Of a DNA stretch of 64,000 bases, positions 38,260 to 51,363 are shown piece after piece. The DNA is from Leucoraja ocellata. Taxonomy: Eukaryota. Below the pieces are notes generated by a model. The model did no database searches. It saw nothing but the letters and a program-made list of their open reading frames with translations, and was not told the origin of the DNA. The stretch lies in NCBI GenBank assembly GCA_036785375.1, contig JAWMAR010000191.1:992001-1056000 (forward strand), in the 5' to 3' direction. Position numbers and translations under genes: made by a program. Within the stretch, counting starts at the first letter, position 1; each line of letters opens with the position of its first letter.

Positions 38260-39077
38260 ACGCCAGCCTATGAAATGCTTATTTATATAATACTGGATCC
38301 TGTAGCCCAATGCTTACGTGGCAATACAATCCTGTATTTCCAACAATTATGATTTTTAAGAGTCATTGAGAGCGATGCAGTTCAGAAACAGGCTGGCCAT
38401 TAAGCTTTCATTTTGACACTAATCCTCCCCTGACCCAATTTATCCTCACCCCATTTTGCATCCTCACAGAACTCATGTTCGCTTTCAGTCAGGTTTGACA
38501 ATAACTAGGTGGTTCGGCATATATTTGCATCGGCAATTCATCTATAATCTTCCCAATCTTATTCCTTGCCTAAGATCTCCTGGGCTGCATGAGAGTGCAA
38601 TTCTAAATGCTGATTATGCATCAAAAGCTCAAAGAATTTGTTGTGTCTGGGTGCTAGTAATGGTAGGTCTGTGAATACATTTGTCAAGTTGTTAGGGAAT
38701 AGAATTTGATGTTGTAGTAACTGAGGTTGAATACATGGGTGAAGTCATATTTCTTCCTGAAATGGAACTAAGCACTTTGGGCATCTTATCGTTACGTTTA
38801 TTTCCTGTAAATGTAGGATTAATTTAAACAGGTGGTTTCATCATGGATAACCATGTGCATTTGCCACAGCTACAACATAACAAATCTGGCACATACAGTA
38901 TGAAACAATGCCCAATGATGTGCAGCACATTTCTGGATTCCACTTCTAGGATCTTACTTTGCTTTGGTTTGGCCTGTGTCATCTGCAAGCTATTCCTCTT
39001 GAAGCAAGCTTGCATAGCATGTGTGAGTTGTGTGTTTATGTGACTCGGAAGTGCCAATCTTGAGTAGAATCCAGGAA

Positions 39078-39185
39078 CGAAAATGCTGGAGTAACTCAGC
39101 GGGACAGGCAGCATCTCCGGAGAGAAGGAATGGATGCCGTTTCGGGCCGAGTCCCTTCTTCAGACTGCAGTTCCCTCCTACACAT
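39078..39185. mobile_element. PLE pLTR fragment
   Basis: AATGCTGGAGTAACTCAGCGGGACAGGC..CCCTTCTTCAGAC-TGCAGTTCC. Confidence 0.75.
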
Positions 39186-39711
39186 AATGTAACCCAACTC
39201 AGGTAGATCCTCTTTAAGCTGCGTGCTCACTGGCATTTCCTGGGATCTCTGCTCCAGCCCCACCCCTCCACCACCCATCACTAAGCTTGCACCTCTCACC
39301 TGAGTAGATGCTACCTCCACTCTGCAATCGTACTCCACACTGGTTTGGCGATATCCCAACCAGAACCCTATCACCCACTGATCAATCGACACTGCCCACA
39401 ATCAAGGCAGAATCATTTGCAACCATCTTCAACTAGAAGCATTAAATATTGGCCCCATCTCAGGTTCTGACATTACCAAAGCTGGACGTGAGCACAATAT
39501 CCCCTTAGGTTTTGTTCTTCAGAATGAGGTACATCTCTAACCAAGCTGGTCCAGTACAGTTACAAAACTTCCTTTGACCTGGTAATGTGAAAATCTGCAT
39601 TGGTACATCCTGTTGCGTAAATCAAATCTAATCTATCTACTCTCAATCATCATAATGTGACAGCTCCAGACCTCTGAACATTCTCCTTTTCCTTTGGTAT
39701 TGAATAAGAAT

Positions 39712-39932
39712 ACATTTATTTTGCCAGAGGGTGTTGGAATGCGTTGCCAAAGACAGCTGTGGAGGCCAAGACATTGGGTAATTTTAAAGTTGAGATTGAT
39801 AAGGTCTTGATTGGTGAGGTCATCAAATGTTATGGGAAGAAGGCATGACAGTGGGATTGAGAGGGAATGATTAAATGGTGGAGCAGACTTGATTTGCCAA
39901 ATGGCCTAATTCTGATCCTATATTTTATGGTC
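39712..39932 (+). mobile_element. CR1 3' end (old)
   Basis: Same family as 36962-37460. Confidence 0.7.
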
Positions 39933-41440
39933 CTCAGTGCAACTTAGATCAAAGAGCTGATTTGCAGGAGTAAGGTGAGGATGACCTGCCGTCTTCAGGG
40001 CAGCATTTAACTGAATGTGGCATCATAAACCTTGAGAATATCAGAATCTTTGTGCATCAAGAGGGAGACGCTGTGATGGCTGGAATCATACTTCACTTGT
40101 GGAGAAGTGGCTGTGTTTGCTGGAGGTCAATCATCTCAGTCCCAGGACATCACTTTAGTTCCAGCCTTTACCCACTCTCTTCAGCTGCTTTATCAACGAT
40201 GTTCCTTTAATCATTGACAGTTTATTGTTGATTCACCAAACCTATAAACATCCACCTTTGCCATTCAATGGTCTGACCACAGCTGTGTCTTTCACCATCA
40301 GCACCTTTGAGAGAGGGGTCTCCATTGACAAGAAACTTAACTGGTCAAGCCACCTAAAAATTGCCCAGATGCAGTTCAGAGGTTGCATGCCATGTGATCA
40401 CCTCCTGAAACCCCAAAGACTCAATGTGAGTCTGGCAAACTGGCATTCAGATGACAATCAGCAGGAGGGAAGGAACTTTCCAGATGATTGCAACTATAAG
40501 CACAGAAGACAAAACAGCCAACCTGCTGGCATCCCATTGTGGCAGACTCCACACTGGTGCAATGAGCTTTCATGTACAAGGCTGATTCAGGAGCAACTTT
40601 TGTGCTGCACAGAACCAAGCCTTCCTGAATATGGGCTATGGTGGAGGGATGTGAGAGTCAGCTTGGTTTGGTTTAGGTGTGATTATAGTTTTATTTATTA
40701 TATTTTTTTGCGATTTGCCGTACATTCTGAGATTTCATGCGATAATGGAAGGATGACGATCTTATTAATTGAAGTTCCCCGTTGACATCGAGACAAGAAA
40801 GGAGACGAGGGTTTTTTATATAAGTAAATTTCATTAATCTATTTTTTGTTTTTTGATTCATAAGTAGTTATTCCTTTCAAGCTGAAACATAAACCTACAC
40901 ATGATTCGGGGTAATTGTTGTGGAGCCACGCAACTAAGGTGAAGGCAAGAACATTTGCAAACAGGAGGCAAACGCCACATCATGCGCCTAAACCTTATAT
41001 GACAGGTGTCACGTTATTGATTGCCATAAGCTCAAATGTCACATAATAAAATCTACATGAATCTTTCAAACCTCAAAGAGACTGCAGCTTCGGAAGAGAT
41101 TTTGGATTATCAATCAAACTAGAAGATGCAACAAATCTCTTCAAGATCAAACAACTTATTTTATTCATTGAAACTTTTAAATGCCGTTCCTGGAGTCGAA
41201 GAGATTGAAACCCAATGTTCCTGGTCACCTCATGTGGCTCAAGGACACTCACATATCTTTTCATGGGTCACAGAACTTTAATGTCCACTTAACAGCTGAA
41301 TGTTCTAGTTAATCACTAAAAGGTTTGAAGAACACCGTACCATGTCTTTGTTCTAGATTGACTCAAAGCAGTCTGAGAAGATTGAACACAACAAAATTGC
41401 TTTAATCTGAAACATACAAGTCTGCTCTGAATTATTGTAA

Positions 41441-41683
41441 TGTATGGGAAGGATCTGCAGATGCTGGATTACACCAAAGATACATATAAAATGCAGGAGT
41501 AACAGCGAGACAGGCAGCACCTCTGCTTAGAAAGAATGGGTGACTATTTGCGTTGAGACCCTTCTTTGACTATAATTTGAAATCACCACTTATTTTCCAA
41601 AGAGGGGTCTCGACCCAAAACATCACCCATTCCTTCTATCCACAGATGCTGCATTGAGTTACTTCAGCATTTTGTGTCTCTCT
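41441..41683. mobile_element. PLE pLTR fold-back with 15-bp TSD
   Basis: TCTGAATT(A/G)TTGTAA at 41426-41440 and 41684-41698. Confidence 0.8.
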
Positions 41684-42005
41684 TCTGAATTGTTGTAAAA
41701 TGGCATGTGCCGACTGCTTAGCAATCTCCTAAACAATGCTCTGGGATTAATGGTTAGTTCTTGATTAGAGCAGAGATTTGTATATTTTAAAGTGTAAGGT
41801 TTAAGATAAGATCTTCAGTGCCTGATCTTATCTCTGCTTAGTTGCCTACAGGTTTGTATTGGTAACTAGTCTGACTCCTATTACTTCAATGAATTTAATC
41901 CAAATGTTCCTGCAGCTGGATTCCGAAATAAAGATACTGCCTCAAGGTTTGTACTTTGGTTGAGAAATAATTTGAGGTGGCTAAGATAGGTGCCTGTGAT
42001 ACGGA

Positions 42006-42335
42006 TGGGCCTGTCCCACTTATGCGACTTTTTCGGCGGCTGCCGGCACCCGTCATAGGTCGTTGCAGGTCGGCGAAAAATATCAACATGTTGAAAATCC
42101 ACCGGCGACCAGAAAGTCTTTGGGAAACTGAGGAGACTACTCACAACCATAAAGGCAATACCCTGGCGACATGTCGCGAGTGAAGCGTGTATGATCGTGA
42201 GTATTCGCCCAAAGCGGCGTACCTGGTTCTGGTCGCCGCTGGATTTTCAACATGTTGAAAATTTTCGACAACCTGCAACGACCTATGACATGTGCTAGCA
42301 GTCGCCGAAAAAGTTGCGTAAGTGGGACAGGCCCA
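42006..42335. mobile_element. Harbinger-type MITE with ~110-bp TIRs
   Basis: TGGGCCTGTCCCACTTATGCGAC / GTTGCGTAAGTGGGACAGGCCCA; each arm holds TCAACATGTTGA; no clean TSD seen. Confidence 0.75.
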
Positions 42336-42539
42336 TACGTTTTGAATTCTGTACATGGGGCTTCACACTTCTGAAAACCGACATAAGTAGGTCCATACGT
42401 AATATTGCACGTAAATGCTCAAAATAGGAGAATATGTACATTCCACTCACCTGAAGAATCTGACTACTGTCAGAACAAAGAATGAACACTGATCAATGCA
42501 GTATCCTGATCAAGAGTGAATAAAGTTAAGGAACCAATT

Positions 42540-42868
42540 GGCACAGTAGCAAAGTGGTAGAGCTGCTGCCTCACGGCACCAGAGACCCAGATTTGATCCT
42601 GACTATGGGTTCTCCCTGTGACTGCATGGTGATTCCTCCAGGTGCTCTGGTTTCCTCCCATATTCCATGAATCCATCTGTGTTGGATTCAATCCTGACTA
42701 TGGGTCCGGTCTGTCCGAAATTGGTTCCTATAAATTGCCCCTAGTGTGAGGATGCGACAATGGATGACATAGAACTAGTAAACGGGTGATTGGTGATCGA
42801 TGATCGGCGTGGACTCGGTGGAACAAAGGACCTGTTTCCATGGTGTATCTCTAAACTAAACTAATCTA
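42540..42868 (+). mobile_element. HE1-type V-SINE (rearranged)
   Basis: Head, partial internal duplication, (CTAAA)n tail. Confidence 0.8.
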
Positions 42869-43492
42869 ATTTTGATGATATAAGATGGGTGGTGTCTCAT
42901 CTATAACTTTAATACTGTTACAAAAGGTAGGCACTGCTGAAAACGTTTTCAAATATATGTTGTCGGCTGATGGGGAACAGACTCAAGGGGCTGAATAGCC
43001 AACACATAAAATGAGTGTACGGGCACAAAGTATTCATCTCTAGTCATTCTTTCTCAATGGTGAATGCCGTTTTTATGCATTGCCCTTACATGCCTTAACT
43101 TACCGTGGAAATTTGATCTTTGAAGGTGACTTCAGATTCGAAAAGCCTTTTATTCCTGAAAATACAAAGAGTCACTGCCAGAGTGCATTTGATGTCCAGC
43201 TCAGCCATAGCTAAAGGCTGCCAAGACTACCTAAATACTTGGTATATATTTTGCATTGATGAATATTGATCGATGTTCCAAACCAATTAAAATTATTTTA
43301 AAAAAGGATTAAAATAACCATTTTTATTCTTAAAGAACTAGAAAACACTTAAAGCAATTAAATAGATTCAAATGCACTAAATAATTTAAAACATCCAAAT
43401 TAACTCCATTAATTCAGGAATATAAATAATCTGAAATCATCTCCTCTCCCTCACAGCCATTCCTCTCCTTTGAAACAAATGGAATCTTGCTA

Positions 43493-43872
43493 TTGAAGGA
43501 GTGCAGCAAGGTTAATTTCCGGGGTGGCGGGACTGACAAATGAAGAAAGAATGGGTTGACTGCGCTTGTATTCATTGGATTTAGAAGGATGAGTGGGCAT
43601 CTTATAGAAACATGTAAAATTCTTAAAGGATTGGACAGGGTAGATGCAGGAAAAATGTTCTTGATGTTGGGGAAGTCCAGATCTAGAGATCACAGTTTAA
43701 GAATAAGGGGTAGGCCATTTAGGACTAAGATGAGGGGAAAATAATTCACCCAGAGAGTTGTGAATCTGTGGAATTCGCTGCCACAAAGGCAGTGGAGGCC
43801 AATTCACTGAATGTTTTCAGGAGAGAGTTAGATTTAATTGTTAGGGCTATGGGAATCAAGGGATATGGGGGG
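43493..43872 (+). mobile_element. CR1 ORF2 C-terminal fragment
   Basis: FRRMSGHLIETCKILKGLDRVDAGKMF..HSLRIRGRPFRT. Confidence 0.88.
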
Positions 43873-44019
43873 AAATCAGGAATCACCCTATCTATTTCCC
43901 CTCTCATTTTTATATGCCTTGATAAGATCACCCTTCAGACTTCTGCATTCCAAGAAATAAAGACCTCGAGTCCTAAAACCTTTTGAACTTTGACCCAATT
44001 ATTGACCCCTTTCACGTCT

Positions 44020-44110
44020 GTCTGACAGAAAGTCCTGACCCAAAACATCACCTATCCATGTCTTCCAGAAATGCAGACTGACCCGCTACAAATACTTAGC
44101 ACTTTGTATT
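44020..44110 (+). mobile_element. Decayed PLE pLTR fragment
   Basis: GTCTGACAGAAAGTCCTGACCCAAAACATCACCTATCCATG. Confidence 0.55.
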
Positions 44111-44409
44111 TTGCTATTAGTTAAACACCTCTGTTTCGGGTCTTTTTTTTGCAATCTTTGATGGAGCTGAACATTCGATTAAGTTCCAGGAGCATTGGAG
44201 AATTCTGCATCATCCCAAAGTTGTTCTGAATTGAGGCTTTGGTAAATAATCAACTTGATGAGCAGACTCTGTTTCTCATTCAATGGATGCTATTTGGCTT
44301 GCAGAGCAATGTCCACATTTATTTCCCCTCGGGTTAATGGCAGTGAAGCTGGGTGGCAAGGATACGCTATGATCGGTGAGAATGAGTGTGCAGCTATTTT
44401 TAGGCATTA

Positions 44410-44918
44410 AGGGCCTGACCCACCAGCATGCGACTGCATGCGGCTAGTGTGGTTGCTTGAGCCGTATGGCCTCGCGGGGCTGGTCCCACTTTGATCGGCG
44501 GAGTGGTATGGAGTTGTGCGGGGCTGGTCCCGACATCGTGCGAGGCTCCGAAAAACTGACGCTGTCCAAAAATTCCGCGCGACAACGGCCTGCAGCCGCA
44601 TTGAGACCGTACGTAGTGCCTTCACGGTGTACGCAGCGTCTTGACCGCGTACGCCTAGTGCGTGGCTTTGCGCGATGACGTCACCGCCCAGCGTGCAGTT
44701 GCGTGATGACGTAACCACCCGACGCCATGCGACGTTCAAATTCAGTCGGCCCGCCTCCTGCCCAGCTGATTGGTGAGTATGATGTCGGGACCAGCCGCGC
44801 ACAACTCCAGATGGCTCCGCGGTTGGAAGTGGGACCGGCCCCGCGAGGCCGTACACCTCAAGCCACCACGTTTGGTCGTGCTAGACGCATGCAATCAGAT
44901 GCTGATGGGACACGCCCT
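44410..44918. mobile_element. PIF/Harbinger-type MITE, 509 bp, TTA TSD
   Basis: AGGGCCTGACCCACCAGCAT / ATGCTGATGGGACACGCCCT; TTA at 44407-44409 and 44919-44921; long imperfect inverted arms; CpG rich. Confidence 0.82.
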
Positions 44919-45101
44919 TTAGACTTTGAATCAACAGATGTAATATACTAATTAATTGTGGCTCACTGTAGGCATGTTTGTGTTGGTGATTTGCTGCAGA
45001 GTATTTCCAGCCTCAAATGGAAACACATGATACAGAAAGTCTCAGACAGAGAAAGAAACAGCTCAACTTTTCAGTTTGATTACTTCCCTCAGAGTCTATA
45101 A

Positions 45102-45515
45102 CTTTCTTTAGGCCCCCTTCGGTCGTGGCTGACCATGGGTGTCTCCAGGGTGCTATTCCCTATATGGAGGATGCTTGTGCATGACTTTATTTAACATGGG
45201 GAGACTGGTGCACAGACAGTCGCCACACAGTCCTTGACAGATCTGGGTCAGAATCCAGTGGCATGGAGTCCAAGACGACTGGAGACCCTTTTCTGCTGCA
45301 GCCTTCCCAGCCGTTGTGACGCTCCACTAAGGTCAGCCATCGTCCTCCGCCTGTTCCACCGTTGAGGTCTTGGTTGGATTGCTCTTTGTCAGAAACCTCC
45401 CCCTCGACCTTACCGCCATGGGTGGCCCTACCAGTAGCATAGCTCCAGACGGCATTGCTCTCAGGACCACACAAGCTTCTCCACCACGACAAGGTGACAA
45501 TCTATGGAGGAGAAG
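45102..45515 (-). mobile_element. Non-autonomous RTE/BovB-derived retroposon
   Basis: Minus 5' region CCTTGTCGTGG..GAGCTATGC..AGGGCCACCCA..CTGACAAA resembles BovB/Sauria/Expander 5' ends; TSD AGTCT(A/G)TAA at 45093-45101 and 45516-45524. Confidence 0.72.
45375..45515 (-). ncRNA. Candidate HDV-like ribozyme with long P4 region
   Basis: P1 CUUCUCC/GGAGAAG, P2 GAUUGUC/GA(G)CAAUC, P3 ACC/GGU, L3 UUGUCGU, P1.1 G-C, J4/2 CAAA. Confidence 0.55.
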
Positions 45516-45606
45516 AGTCTGTAATCCCAGCCAATAAAGAGCCAATTTCCCCAAAACAGGTTCCCACCCCTTAGCGAATAAGGGAGAGAATAAGCAACGT
45601 GTCTTT

Positions 45607-45855
45607 GTGGCACAGCTTGTAGAGCTGCTGCCTCACAGTTCCTGAGACTTAGGTTCGATCTGGGTGCTCCGGTTTCCTCCCACCTTCCAAGACATGTGTG
45701 TTTGTAGGTTATTTGGCCTCTGTAAATTGCACCTAGTGTGTAGGAAGTGGATACAAAAGTGGGATAACAGATCTAGTGCAAATGGGTGATTAATGACCAG
45801 CATGGGCTCAGGGTGAAGGGCATGTTTCCATGATTTATATTTCAATCACTTCAAT
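45607..45855 (+). mobile_element. HE1-type V-SINE (deleted)
   Basis: Head with GGTTCGATC, V-domain, (TTCAA)n-like tail. Confidence 0.78.
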
Positions 45856-46558
45856 CAAAATGCCATGATGCTGAATGGAAATAGAATGATAAGCAGATCT
45901 TAATATCAGAAGTTTACCTTGGCGGTTATTAATATCAATCACTAACAGGTAGATACAAAGCAAAAAAGAGAGCAAACTATTTTAAGACATAATGTGTGTG
46001 AATGGTTTGCATGTTAAAATGATTCAGATGGCCAATTCATACCAGACACTCCTGTTCAAAGTGAGAATGTGGCAACAAGAATAAACACGAGCTGCTCATG
46101 TGTGTGTAATCCAGCAATCTGCACAAGAGTAGCACTTGCAAGAGGATGATCATTCTTCTTTTTCTCAGCCAAGGAGGTTGGAATGATCCCGAAAAATCTG
46201 TTTCATTAACTGGAAAACTTTCAGTCCTGCTCTTCTACTCTGCAATTAAGTTGCATTTAGCTCATCATTTTAGCTTCATTTATCCTAAAGTTTGTGAAGT
46301 TTGGAAGTTTGCAGAAATTTAAATGCAAGAAAATAGAAAGTTCACTGTTAATCTTAACCTGGCAGTGGAGGCAGAGAATGCGTGTGTTCCCTGTGCCTCA
46401 TTAAATGGTGTGTATCTGATCTACAATCATGGGGCAACCTCTGAATAAATTCACACTGTCTGTAACAAATTGATTTCTCCCATTTGCAATTAAAGATTGG
46501 CTCTGGATCAAGCAATTAGATTCAGTTGCTTGCAAAAGAAAATCCCAAAAGGAACTTA

Positions 46559-46830
46559 GGGCGGCACAGTGGTAGAGTTGCTGCCTTACAGCTCTTGCAG
46601 CGCAGAGACACATGTTCGATCCTGACTACGGGTGCTGTATGTACGGAGTTTGTACGTTCTCCCCATGACCGTGTGGGTTTTCTCCGAGATCTTCGGTTTC
46701 CTCCCACACCCCAAAGGCGTACAGGTATGTAGGTTAATTGGCTTGGTATAAGTGTAAATTGGCCCTTGTGTGTGTGTGATAGGTATGCCGAAGGGCCTGT
46801 TTCCGCGCTGTATCTATAAACTAAACTAAA
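46559..46830 (+). mobile_element. HE1-type V-SINE
   Basis: GGGCGGCACAGTGGTAGAG..GTTCGATCC..GCCGAAGGGCCTGTTTCC (CTAAA)n. Confidence 0.88.
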
Positions 46831-47169
46831 TCTCAAACATTAAAGCTTTTATCAGGCATGATTAAATAGAGCAAGTGAAAGACGAACCAGAAGAAAATAT
46901 CATGCAGATGGATGTCTCCACTATCAAAGCTCTTTAGAAACAGTGAATGCAGGACAACACTTCCTCTGATTTCCATTCCATTAATGCTGGCACAATACTT
47001 GAGAATCCTTCCATCACAGCCATGGACATTTCTTCAAATGTTGACACATGCCAGCGGACCCTTGCAAATATTGACATAAACACTCTATGGAATCCATGCA
47101 CATACTGTACCTAGGAGTGCCCTGTAAATGTCACAGTAAGTGTCACAGCTAGCGTCCTGGTGCCGTAGC

Positions 47170-47957
47170 AACAACCTAGAGCTCAATGCGCTTAAGACAG
47201 TGGAATTGATTGTAGACTTTAGGAGAGCTCACCCCACTCACCATCAACAACACCACAGTTACATCTGTGGAGTATTTTATGTTCCTGGGAACCATCATCT
47301 CCAAGGACCTTAAGTGGGGGGCTACCATCGACTCCACTGTCAAAAAGGCACAACAGAGGATGTACTTCCTGCGGCAGCTGAGGAAGCACAATCTGCCACA
47401 GGCAATGATGGTCCAATTCTACACGGCCATCGTAGAGTCTGTTCTCACCTTCTCCATCATGGTCTGGTTTGGCTCAGCCACCAAGCACGACACCTGGAGG
47501 CTGCAGCGAATCGCCCGATCAGCAGAGAAGATTATTGGCTGCAACCTCCCCTCCATTGATGAACTGTTCACTGCAAGGGCCAGGAAGCGAGCGGGCAAGA
47601 TCATCTCTGACCCCTCTCACCCTGGCCACAAACTCTTTGAATCACTTCCCTCTGGAAGGCGATTCCGGACTGTCAAAGCTGCCACTGCCAGACATAAAAA
47701 CTGTTTTTATCCACGAGTTGTGGCTCTACTCAACAGCCAAAAATCTGTAGCCTCCCTTTGATCTGGTATTTTGTTGGTTCACATGCTTGATCAATGGTGT
47801 TTCATCATTAATGTTTTATTATTATTAATGTTTAGTGTTTTCTGAGTCATTCGTAACTGTCACTGTATGTCATGTTGTTACTTGCGGGTGGAGCACCAAG
47901 GCAAATTCCTTGTATGTGAATACTTGGCCAATAAACTTAATTACTTACTTAATTACT
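47170..47957 (+). mobile_element. Rex1/Babar LINE 3' end (second subfamily)
   Basis: NLELNALKTVELIVDFR; ORF 47267-47761 FLGTIISKDLKW..KKAQQRMYFLRQL..DPSHPGH..LPSGRR; AATAAA plus (TTAC)n-like tail. Confidence 0.9.
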
Positions 47958-48193
47958 GAAATATTGAAACTACCAAGAAACCCTCACCTGCTGGTCTCAC
48001 TTTGAAAAGACTGTGTCAGATATTGAAGGAGAAACATAATAGTCTCTGCAGAAAGTTCTACTAATAGGCAGAACTAACTCATGTATTAAAGGCCAAATAA
48101 AGAAGAATGTTGGGAAATAGTGTGACGGGGCTCCAGTTCTAAGATTGTGCTCTTGATAACTACATAAAGACAATAAACAGATGGATGGTAGAT

Positions 48194-48324
48194 GTGTTTA
48201 AGAAGGAACTGCAGATGCTGGAAAATCAAAGGTATACAAAAATGCTGGAGAAACTCAGCGAGTGCAGCATGCATCTATGGAGCGAAGGAAATAGGCAATA
48301 TTTCGGGCCGAAACCCTTCTTCAG
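48194..48324 (-). mobile_element. Single-arm PLE pLTR (same subfamily as 1490-1707)
   Basis: TGTTTAAGAAGGAACTGCAGATGCTGG..TTCGGGCCGAAACCCTTCTTCAG. Confidence 0.82.
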
Positions 48325-49330
48325 CAAGCTTTCTTCTGCTTTGATACGAACCATCCGTAATCTGGGCAATTCAAATATATTCAGGTCTATCGACTCCAGC
48401 AGATCAATTGAAATTCATGAGAAACAAGGAATATCTTGTCAGTGCTTCCTGTATTCTTGAAAACATGAAATTAGCTAAAGATGAGATAGGACATGTTGAC
48501 AGTAAAATTTAAGGGCTGTGATGTGAGAATTTATGTTGCACATTGTTAATGTGAGAAATAAAACTGAAATATAATAACATTCTAGAGCCAATTCATCTCT
48601 CTGGCTGTTGTTAAGTCCCTTTACAGGGAATGGAACATAAAGACCTTGACATAAAGTCTTTAGCAATGCTGAGAGAGTCTCACACCATTGAAAAAGCAAC
48701 CTTGCAGAGGTGTGATGGTAAACTGAGGCTCCATCTACTCTCTCAGTGGAGGTACAATATATCTTGACTCTTGTTCTGAGGATGAGCATGGGGACCATAG
48801 AAAGATGCAGCAGGAAAACAGGCCCTTCAACTCATCTAGTCCATGCGGACCTATTTAAACTAATCTTACATTGCTCTCGTCTTTTATTCTCCCCACACTC
48901 CCAGCAATTCCCCCAAGATTCTGCCCACAAGAGGTAATTTACAATCTCCAGTTAACCTACCAAATCACACACCTTGGGGATGTGGGAGTACCTTGAAGAA
49001 ACACATTGTCTTCTTATCGAGTCCACACCACAAGATTAGAAATTGTTCAGCCAGATCTGAACACACTTCTCGACATCTGCATACAATGACGTCTTGCACT
49101 TCTTGTGTGCAGTGGTGGAAAGATTGGTGGAAACAGGGCTGCGACGTGAATGCTCTTTCCTTGAACCCAACACATTCAGTCACAGAAAAAAGTATAAATT
49201 CTATGCAGACAGGCCCGAAGGTCAGGATTATAATTTCTAGTGTTGTTAGGCAGTCTGTCCAGACTTCCTATTGAATAGGAAAAGCAGCCAGCAAAGACAA
49301 AGCAAAGAATCTTTTATACTCTTTTCTGTC

Positions 49331-49462
49331 AATAGACAATAGACAATAGGTGCATGAGTAGGCCATTCGGCCCTTCGAGCCAGAACCGCCATACAATGTG
49401 ATCATGGCTGATCATCCCCAATCAGTACCCCATTCCTGCCTTCACCCCATATCCCCTGACTC
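49331..49462 (-). mobile_element. CR1 3' tail
   Basis: (AATAGAC)n plus GTAGGCCATTCGGCCCTTCGAGCC. Confidence 0.85.
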
Positions 49463-49533
49463 TGCTGTCATCATGGTAATCTCGTTTCATGACAGAGCCC
49501 AGAATAGTTTTGAGATTTTGGTGCCATTTATCA

Positions 49534-49840
49534 AGGGCGGCACAGTGGCACAAATGGTAGAGCTGCTGTCTCACAGCGCCAGAGACCAGGGTTTGATCCC
49601 GACCTCGGGTTCTCTCAGGGTGGAGTTTGCATATTCTCCCTGTGACCAGGTGGGTTTCCTCCTGGAGCTCCAGTTTCCTCCCACGGACATTTGGGTTTGT
49701 AAATTAATTGGCCTCTGTAAATTGCCCCTAATCTACAGGGAGTGACTGAGAAAGTGGGATAAGATAGAACTAGTGTGAATCGATGACCGATGATCGGTGG
49801 GCTGAAGAGCCTGCTTCCATGCTGTAAGCTGAAAACTAAA
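49534..49840 (+). mobile_element. HE1-type V-SINE
   Basis: GGGCGGCACAGTGGCACAAATGG head, V-domain, CR1-like tail. Confidence 0.87.
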
Positions 49841-50700
49841 CATGTGAACAATGTGGCCTGTCCTTTGCCCCTGGCTGAGTGTATCTAGTGTATCGAGTCT
49901 ATTTGGTGCTGGGGATGTTGGCTGGGGAAAAGCCGCCTATGTTGGTTTACTTGTCCTTCCAGAGAATATGGAGCATCTTATAGAGAGCATTGGTGGCATT
50001 TTTCCAGAATCCTGAGATCTTTTCACTGTGTTGGAGATTGCTCAATAGAAACTACCCTTTGCTCATCAGAAATTACAATATCTTTACTTCAAAAAGCATC
50101 GTAACTGCAAAAAACTTTGGGTTGTTATTTTCTTTCATTATTGAAATATGAAAGTAGAAGATTGATATAGAAAATGTACAAATGCAGCCGCATACATTGG
50201 CATCACATTATCCATGTTTCAAGTGGTAAACCAACTTGGAATATGCTAACAATTTCACAAGCTTTCTCACTAGCCAGGCATATTTTTTATATTTTGCTTT
50301 TCCTTTTGTGGTATTAGCTAGATTATTTCTGTTAGATTGTCAATATAGGAAAATATATTATCTGGGTGATGAATTAGTATGTAGTGCTGGGTGATAAATA
50401 TTTACTTGTTAGGTCAGCATTTTCATTTTGATTTCTCATTAGCTATCTGCATGGTGTGTTTCGGGATTGTCACACCTGCAGAAAAAGCATTTCTGACATT
50501 TTGTATGGATTGTGCATGTTGCATTGAAGAGAGATTCATTTTTTTAGAAACTGACAGAAATTGCCTCCCATTGGCATGAACTGCACGCTATAGTTTGGTT
50601 GTCAAGTCAGGAAAGATCATGTAAGATCACTTAGAGCAGATGGGTTTTGCTCAGGAAGGCACTTTAGTTGCCTGGACATGTTGGTCCATTCTGTCTATGC

Positions 50701-50995
50701 TTAGTTTAGTATAGAGATACAGTGTGGAAACTGTCCCTTCGGCCCACCGAGTCCAACCCCCCCCCCCCACTAACACTATCCTACACACACTAGGGGCTAT
50801 TTACATTTTTACCACGTCAATTAGCCGACAAACCAGACATCTTTGGAGTTTGGGGGGAAACCAGAGCTCCTGGAGAAAACCCACGCAGGTCACAGGGAGA
50901 ATGTACCCATAGTCAGGATCGACAGCACCCATAGTCAGGATCGAACCTGGGTCCCTGGTGCTGTAAGGCACCAAGTCTATCGCTGTGCTACTGTG
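50701..50995 (-). mobile_element. HE1-type V-SINE
   Basis: Tail CCCTTCGGCCC; small internal duplication of ACCCATAGTCAGGATCGA. Confidence 0.85.
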
Positions 50996-51363
50996 AGTAA
51001 CTATACCCTCTACAACTTAGGGATGTTAACTGATGAAAGAATGTTAATTAAACAATTCAGTGTATTAGTAACACTTTTCCATATTTTTCTTGTAAAGATT
51101 TGAACCCCTTCACCTCTGCTCTTGGCAGGGACAGTGTTGCACCCTCTGAAATAAGTCTCTGCATTTAAATCTATCAGTTTTTCAGGTTATTTTATAAAAC
51201 TAAATCAACTAAATAATATACTCAATTAGGGATTTATAATTGAGGCAAGAGTCTCAATAAAGGAGATATGGGACCTGAGTATGTCAACTCTCACTCTGGT
51301 CCCAGAGGGAATAAAGCTAAAGAAGACTGTATTTACTAGTAAGCAAATACTGACTAGACACTG

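Noticed and set aside
37990-38352. ORFs spanning the N run
   Set aside because: Artefacts of the assembly gap.
41794-41833. 10-bp inverted repeat AGATAAGATC/GATCTTATCT
   Set aside because: Short, single, no TSD; compatible with chance.
45392-45450. Twister-like reading (GAGCUA..CCCA..GGAGGUUUC) inside the RTE-derived element
   Set aside because: Could not place both twister pseudoknots or the conserved loop residues; the HDV-like parse fits better.
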